A stretch of 64,000 nucleotides of DNA. Origin: the human T2T-CHM13v2.0 reference genome, Homo sapiens. The translations under genes and the position numbers were made by a program. The stretch lies in the NCBI RefSeq assembly GCF_009914755.1, contig NC_060933.1, one strand, 5' to 3'. Positions within the stretch are counted from its first letter, which is position 1, and every line of letters begins with the position of its first letter. Positions 56,901 to 64,000 of this stretch are shown in pieces. The notes under the pieces are model-generated. The model had not been told where the DNA came from. It saw only the letters and a list, made by a program, of their open reading frames with translations, and ran no database searches.

Positions 56901-59900
56901 GGAATGGAATGGAATGGAATGCAATGGAATGGAATCATCCGGAATGGAATGGAATGGAATGCAATGCAAAGCAATGGAATCAACTCGATTGCAATGGAAA
57001 GGAATGGAATGGAAAGGAATAGAATGGAATCAACCTGATTGGAATGGAATGGAAAGGACTGGAATGGAGTGGAATGGAATGGAATGGAATGGAATGGAAT
57101 GCAATGGAATGGTATGGAATGGAATGGAATGGTACGGAATAGAATGGAATGGAACGAATTGTAATGGAATGGAATTCAATGGAATGGAATGGAATGGAAT
57201 GGAATCAACGCGAGTGCAGGGGAATGTAATGGAACGGAATGCAATGGAAAGGAATCATCCGGAATGGAATGGAATGGAATGGAATGGAATGGAATCAACC
57301 CGAGTGCAATGGAATGGAGTGGAATGGAATGGAATGGAATGGAACAACCCGAATGGAATGGAATGTAATGGAGAGTAAGGGAGTTGAATAGAATCAATCA
57401 GAATGTAATGGAATGGAATGCAACGGAATGGAATGGAATGGAATGGAATGGAATGCAATGGAATGGAATCAACCCGAGTACAATAGAATGGAATGGGATG
57501 GAATGGAATGCCTTCAAACCGAATGGAATGGAAAGGAATGGAATCAACACGAATGGAATGGAATGGAATGGAATGGAATGGAATGGAATGGAATGATACG
57601 GAATAGGATGGAATGGAACGAAATGGAATGGAATGGAATGGACTGGAATGGAATGGAATGGAATGGAATCGTTCCGAGTGGAATAGGAGGGAATGTATTC
57701 GAGTGGAATGGAAAGGAATGGAATCAACCAGAGTGGAATGGAAGGGAATGGAATGGAATGGAAACTAATAGAATGGAATCAACCCTAGTGGAATGGAATG
57801 GAAAGGCCTGGAATGGAAAGGAATGGAATGGAATGGAATGGAATGGAATGGAATGGAATCAACGCGAGTGCAGGAGAATGGAATGGAATCGAATGGAATG
57901 GAATGGAATGGAATCAACCCGAGTGCAGGGGAATGTAATGGAACGGAATGCAATGGAAAGGAATCATCCGGAATGGAATGGAATGGAATGGAATGGAATC
58001 AACCCGAGTGCAATGGAATGGAGTGGAATGGAATGGAATGGAATGGAACAACCCGAATGGAATGGAATGTAATGGAGAGTAAGGGAGTTGAAAAGAATCA
58101 ATCCGAATGTAATGGAATGGAATGGAACGGAATGGAATGGAATGGAATGGAATGGAATGGAATGCAATGGAAAGGAATCAACCCGAGTACAATGGAATGG
58201 AATGGAATGGAATGGAACGGAATGGAATGGAATGGAATGGAATCTTCCGTAATGGAATGGAATGGAATGGAATTGAATGCAATGGATTCAACTCGATTGC
58301 AATGGAATGGAATAGAATGGAATGGAATGGAATGGAATGGAACAGAACGGAACGGAACGGAACGGAGTGGAATGGAATGGAATGGAATTGTATGGAATGG
58401 AATGGAATGGTACGGAATAGAATGGAATGGAATGAATTGGAATGGAATGGAATGGAATGGAATGGAATGGAATGGAATGGAATGGAATCAACCCGAATGC
58501 AATGGAATGGAGTGGAATGGAATGGAATGGAATGGAAAAACCCGAATGGAATGGAATGTAATGGAGAGTAAGGGAGTTGAATAGAATCAATACGAATGTA
58601 ATGGAATGGAAAGGAATGGAATGGAATGGAATGGAATGGAATGGAATGGAATGGAATGCAATGGAATGGAATCAACCAGAGTACAATGGAACGGAATGGA
58701 ATGGAATGGAATGGAATGGAATGGAATGGAATGGAATGGAATGGAATGGAATCAACCCGAGTGCAATGGAATAGAGAGGAATGGAATGGAATGGAATGGA
58801 AACTACCCGAATGGAATGGAATGTAATGGAGTGTAAGGGAATTGAATAGAATCAATCCGAATGGAATGGAATGGAATGGAACGGAATGTAATGGAATGGA
58901 ATGGAATGGAATCAACCCGAGTGCAGGGGAATGTAATGGAATGGAATGCAATGGAATGGAATCATCCGGAATGGAATGGAATGGAATGCAATGGAATGGA
59001 ATCAACCCGAGTACAATGGAATGGAATGGAATGGAATGGAATGGAATGGAATGGAATGGAATGTCTTCAAACCGAATGGAATGGAAAGGAATGTAATCAA
59101 CACGAGTGGAATGGAATGGAATGGAATGGAATGGAATGGAATGATACGGAATAGAATGGAATGGAACGAAATGGAATCGAATGGAATGGAATGGAATGGA
59201 ATGGAATGGAATCGTTCCGAGTGGAATAGGAGGGAATGTATTCGAGAGGAATGGAAAGGAATGGAATCAGCAGAGTGGAATGGAAGGGAATGGAATGGAA
59301 TGGAAACTAATAGAATGGAATCAACCCGAGTGGAATGGAATGGAAAGGACTAGAATGGAATGGAATGGAATGGAATGGAATCAACTCGATTGTAATGGAA
59401 TGGAATGGAATGGAATGGAATGGAATGGAATTAACCCGAATACAATGGAATGGAATGGAATGGAATGGAATGGAGTGGAATGGAATGGAATCAACCCGAG
59501 TGCAGGGGAATGGAATGGAATGGAATGCAATGCAATGGAATCATCCGGAATGGAATGGAATGGAATGGAATGCAAAGCAATGGAATCAACTCGATTGCAA
59601 TGTAATGGAATGGAATGGAAAGGAATACATTGGAATCACCCCGAGTGGAATGGAATGGAAAGGACTGCAATGGAGTGGAATGGAATGGAATGAAATGGAA
59701 TGGAATCAACTCGATTGGAATGGAATGGAATGGAATGGAATGGAATGGAATGGAATGGAATTAAACCGAATAGAATGGAATGGAATGGAATGGAACGGAA
59801 CGGAACGGAACGGAATGAAATGGAATGGAATGGAATGGAATGGAATGGAATCAACCCGACTGCAGGGGAATGGAATGGAATGGAAAGCAATGGAATGGAT

Positions 59901-62012
59901 TCAACTTGAATAGAATGGAAAGAATGGAATCAACACGAGTAGAATGGCATGGATTGGAATGGAATGGAATGGAATCAACCCGAGTACAGGGGAAAGGAAT
60001 GGAATGGAATGCAAAGGAATGGAATCATCCGTAATGGAATGAAAAGGAATGGAATGGAATGGAATGGAATGGAATGGAATGGAATGGAATCAACTCGATT
60101 GCAATCGAATGGAATGGAATGGAATTAACCCGAATAGAATGGAATGGAATGGAATGGAACGGAACGGAACGGAACGGAATGGAATGGAATGGAATGGAAT
60201 GGAATGGAATGGAAAGGAATGGAATGGAATGGAATGGAATGGAATGGAATGGAATCAACGCGAGTGCAGGGGAATGGAATGGAATGGAATGCAATGGAAT
60301 GGAATCTTCCGGAATGGAATGGAATGGAATGGAATGGAATTGAATGGAATAAACCCGAGTGCAATGGAATGGAGTGGAATGTAATGGAATGGATTGGAAC
60401 AACCCGAATGGAATGGAATTTAATGGAGAGTAAGGGAGTTGAATAGAATCAATCCGAATGTAATGGAATGGAATGGAACGGAATGGAATTGAATGGAATG
60501 GAATGGAATGCAATGGAATGGAATCAACCCGAGTGCAATGGAATGGAGAGGAATAGAATGGAATGGAAACTACCCGAATGGAATGGAATGTAATGGAGTG
60601 TAAGGGAATTGAATAGAATCAATCCGAATGTAATGGAATGGAATGGAACGGAATGGAATGGAATGGAATGGAATGGAATGGAATGGAATGGAATGGAATG
60701 CAATGGAATGGAATCAACCCGAGTGCAATCGAATGGAATCGAATGGAATGGAATGCAATGGAATGGATTCAACTTGAATGGAATGGAAAGAATGGAATCA
60801 ACACGAGTGGAATGGCATGGATAGGAATGGAATGGAATGGAATCAACCGGAGTACAGGGGAATGGAATGGAATGGAATGCAATGGAATGGAATCATCCGT
60901 AATGGAATGGAAAGGAATGGAATGGAATGGAATGGAATGGAATGAAATAGAATGGAATCAATTCGATTGCAATCGAATGGCATGGAATGGAATTAACCCG
61001 AATAGAATGGAATGGAATGGAATGGAACGGAACGGAATGGAATGGAATGGAATGGAATGGAACGGAACGGAACGGAACGGAATGGAATGGAATGGAATGG
61101 AATGGAATGGAATGGAATCAACGCGAGTGCAGGGGAATGGAATGGAATGGAATGCAATGGAATGGAATCTTCCGGAATGGAATGGAATGGAATGTAATGG
61201 AATGAAATGCAATGGATTCAACTCGATTGAAATGGAATGGAATAGAATGGAATGGAATGGAATGGAATTAACCCGAATAGAATGGAATGGAATGCAATGG
61301 AACGGAATGGAATGGAATGGAATGGAATGGAATGCAATGGAATGGAATCAACCCGAGTACAATGGAATGGAATGGAATGGAATGGAATGGAATGGAATGG
61401 AATGGAATGGAATGGAATCAACGCGAGTGCAGGGGAATGGCATGGAATGGAATGCAATGGAATGGAATCTTCCGGAATGGAATGGAATGGAATGGAATGA
61501 AATGCAATGGATTCAACTCGGTTGCAATGGAATGGAATAGAATGGAATGGAATGGAATGGAATGGGATTAACCCGAATAGAATGGAATTGAATGGAATGC
61601 AACGGAATGGAACGGAATGGAATGGAATGGAATGGAATGGAATGGAATGGTATGGAATGGAATGGAATGGTACGGAATACAATGGAATGGAACGAATTGT
61701 AATGGAATGGAATTGAATGGAAAGGAATGGAATGGAATGGAATCAACGCGAGTGCAGGGGAATGTAATGGAACGGAATGCAATGGAATGGAATCATCCGG
61801 AATGGAATGGAATGGAATGGAATGGAATGGAATGGAATCAACCCGAGTGCAATGGAATGGAGTGGAATGGAATGGAATGGAATGGAACAATCCGAATGGA
61901 ATGGAATGTAATGGAGAGTAAGGGAGTTGAATAGAATCAATCCGAATGTAATGGAATGGAATGCAACAGAATGGAATGGAATGGAATGGAATGGAATGGA
62001 ATGGAATGGAAT
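44900..62012 (+). repeat. HSat3 sub-domain C (B-related, irregular 1.1-1.6-kb module spacing)
   Basis: Motifs GCCTTCAAACCG (~45409, 47031, 48540, 49764, 57510), ATCGTTCCGAGTGGAATAGGAGGGAATGTATTCGAG-type cassettes (~45572, 47199, 48718, 49947, 51261, 56569, 57668, 59211), GAACGAATTGTAAT and AAGGAATACATTGG. Shares cassettes with 13.7-21 kb. Confidence 0.7.
50431..50905 (+). repeat. Local tandem duplication, ~240-bp unit
   Basis: AAAGGAATACATTGG...AAAGGACTG...CTCGATTGG...GTACGG...AACGAATTGT...CAACGCGAGTGCAGGGGAATGTAATGGAACGG at 50431 and 50671. Confidence 0.85.
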
Positions 62013-62499
62013 GCAAAGGAAATTAATCAACCCGAGTGGAATGGCATGGAATGGAATGCAATGGATTGGAATGGAATGGAATCAACTCGAGTGGAAAGGA
62101 ATGGAATGGAATGGAAATGAATGGAATGAACTCAACTCGAGTGGAATGGAATGGAATGGAATGGATTGGAATGGATTGCAATGGAATGAACTGGAATGGA
62201 ATGGAATGGAATCAATCATGGAAGGGAATGTAATGGAGTGGAAAGAAGGGAATGGAATCAACCCGAGTGGAATGCAAGGCAATGGAATGGAATGGAAAGG
62301 AATGGAATGCAATCAACTCGATTGCAATGGAATGGAATGGAATGGAATGGAATGGAGTTAACCGGAATAGAATGGAATGGAACGGAATGGAATGGAATGG
62401 AAGGGAATGGAATCAACACGAGTGCAGGGGAATGGAATGGAATGGAATGCAATTGAATGGAATCATCCGGAATGGAATGGAATGGAATGGAATAAACCC
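62013..62499 (+). repeat. Diverged HSat3 island abutting the inversion
   Basis: Dense variants not noticed elsewhere in the window: GGAAATTAATCAACCCG, CAACTCGAGTGG (x2), GAATGAACTCAAC, ATCAATCATGGAAG, GGAAAGAAGGG, GCAAGGCAAT, GAGTTAACCGG. Confidence 0.75.
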
Positions 62500-62510
62500 A
62501 TTCCGTTCCA
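62489..62510. other. Strand-inversion breakpoint within the satellite
   Basis: GGAATAAAC[CC]ATTCCGTTCCA: the left arm is a truncated TAAACCC(GAGT) motif and the right arm starts CCATTCC. CC at 62498-62499 can belong to either arm. No inserted foreign bases. Confidence 0.95.
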
Positions 62511-64000
62511 TTGTACTCGGGTTGATTCCATTCCATTGCATTCCATTCCATTCCATTCCATTCCATTCCATTCCATTCCATTCCATTCCGTTTCATTCCA
62601 TTACATTCGGATTGATTCTATTCAACTCCCTTACTCTCCATTACATTCCATTCCATTCGGGTTGTTCCATTCCATTCCATTCCATTCCACTCCATTCCAT
62701 TGCACTCGGGTTGATTCCATTCCATTCCATTCCATTCCATTCGATTCCATTCCATTCCAATTCTTTCCATTCCATTCTATTCCGTACCATGCCATTCCAT
62801 TCCATACAATTCCATTCCATTCCATTCCACTCATTCCACTCCGTTCCGTTCCGTTCCGTTACGTTCCATTCCGTTCCGTTCCATTCCATTCCATTCCATT
62901 CTATTCGGGTTAATTCCATTCCATTCCATTCGATTGCAATCGAGTTGATTCCATTCCATTCCATTCCATTCCATTCCATTCCATTCCATTCCTTTCCATT
63001 CCATTACGGATGATTCCATTCCATTGCATTCCATTCCATTCCATTCCCCTGTACTCGGGTTGATTCCATTCCATTCCATTCCAATCCATGGCATTCCACT
63101 CGTGTTGATTCCATTCTTTCCATTCCATTCAAGTTGAATCCATTCCATTGCATTCCATTCCATTCGATTCCATTCGATTGCACTCGGGTTGATTCCATTC
63201 CATTGCATTCCATTCCATTCGATTCCATTCCATTCCATTCCATTCCATTCCATTCCGTTCCATTCCATTCCATTACATTCGGATTGATTCTATTCAATTC
63301 CGTTACACTCCATTACATTCCATTCCATTCGGGTAGTTTCCATTCCATTCCATTCCATTCCTCTCCATTCCATTGCACTCGGGTTGATTCCATTCCATTC
63401 CATTCCATTCAATTCCATTCCGTTCCATTCCATTCCATTACATTCGGATTGATTCTATTCAACTCCCTTACTCTCCATTACATTCCATTCCATTCGGGTT
63501 GTTCCATTCCATTCCATTCCATTCCACTCCATTCCATTGCACTCGGGTTTATTCCATTCCATTCCATTCCATTCCATTCCATTCCGTTCCGTTCCATTCC
63601 ATTCCATTCCATTCTATTCGGGTTAATTCCATTCCATTCCATTCCATTCCATTCCAATCGAGTTGATTCCATTCCATTCCATTCCATTCCATTCCACTCC
63701 ATTCCAGTCCTTTCCATTCCATTCCACTCGGGTTGATTCCAATGTATTCCTTTCCATTCCATTCGGTTTGAAGGCATTCCATTCCATTCAATTCCATTCC
63801 ATTCCATTCCATTCCATTCCATTCCATTCCATTCCATTGTACTCGGGTTGATTCCATTCCATTCCATTCCATTCTATTCCATTCCGTTGCATTCCATTCC
63901 ATTACATTCGGACTGATTCTATTCAACTCTCTTACTCTCCATTCCATTCCATTCCATTCGGGTTGTTCCATTCCATTCCATTCCATTCCACTCCATTCCA
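62498..64000 (-). repeat. Satellite III (HSat3) array in inverted orientation, (ATTCC)n on +
   Basis: From 62498 the + strand reads CCATTCCGTTCCATTGTACTCGGGTTGATTCC..., the reverse complement of the same pentamer and the same CAACCCGAGT motifs. It continues to the window end. Confidence 0.98.

Larger units (their letters stand above)
1..62499 (+). repeat. Satellite III (HSat3) array, G-rich (GGAAT)n strand on +
   Basis: Continuous GGAAT pentamers with single-base variants (GCAAT, GTAAT, GGAAC, GGAGT, AGAAT), interrupted every ~30-100 bp by 10-mers such as CAACCCGAGT, CAACTCGATT, TAACCCGAAT. This matches the classical satellite III consensus CAACCCGA(A/G)T(GGAAT)n. HSat2-type ATCATCGAATGG units were not seen. 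Confidence 0.98.

Noticed and set aside
1-62499. EWS-FLI1 GGAA microsatellite or G-quadruplex potential
   Set aside because: The repeat is GGAAT, not tandem (GGAA)n. GGGG runs are isolated (one per cassette), so there is no canonical four-run G4 motif.
62000-63000. Perfect fold-back palindrome (breakage-fusion-bridge or read fold-back artefact)
   Set aside because: Private variants of 62.0-62.5 kb are not mirrored in 62.5-63.0 kb; the arms are complementary only at the generic satellite level.
62252-63013. Chimeric ORFs switching from MEWNG to FHSIP repeats
   Set aside because: These are simply translation across the inversion breakpoint.
3-63986. Hundreds of ORFs of 60-441 aa, e.g. 25024..26349 and 10393..11601
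   Set aside because: (GGAAT)n has no stop codon in any frame and supplies an ATG every 5 bp. All frames give the same (MEWNG)n or (FHSIP)n peptide and ORFs overlap on both strands. There is no evidence of coding function.
1-64000. CRISPR-like repeat/spacer appearance of CAACCCGAGT motifs
   Set aside because: The spacers are the same pentamer rather than unique sequence, there are no cas genes, and this is eukaryotic satellite.
1-64000. HSat2, DYZ1-type 3.5-kb unit, alpha satellite/CENP-B box, or telomeric repeat
   Set aside because: No ATCATCGAAT-rich HSat2 units, no regular ~3.5-kb period, no 171-bp monomers and no TTAGGG arrays were seen.

Overview
The whole 64-kb window is classical satellite III DNA (human/great-ape HSat3): (GGAAT)n interrupted by in-register 10-mers of the CAACCCGAGT family. 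I find no credible gene, RNA gene, transposon or unique sequence. Every ORF in the track is a by-product of the stop-free pentamer ((MEWNG)n / (FHSIP)n). The array is nevertheless highly structured. (1) It has blocks with different variant vocabularies: A ~0.27-13.2 kb, B ~13.2-30.1 kb, A' ~30.1-44.9 kb, C ~44.9-62.0 kb, and a diverged island at 62.0-62.5 kb. (2) 1-13.2 kb is repeated near-identically at 29.83-42.75 kb, suggesting a ~29.6-kb tandem macro-unit, with older 1.5-kb and 0.17-0.24-kb duplications nested inside. (3) Block B carries a ~0.82-0.93-kb mosaic higher-order unit. (4) There is a sharp strand inversion at 62498/62499 with 2-bp microhomology. (5) 18 perfect three-pentamer heat-shock elements (GAAnnTTCnnGAA) sit in one recurring cassette, mostly in blocks B/C. 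All alignments, counts and coordinates were done by eye. Chromosome and subfamily cannot be assigned from the sequence alone (compatible with HSat3B arrays such as 9q12).
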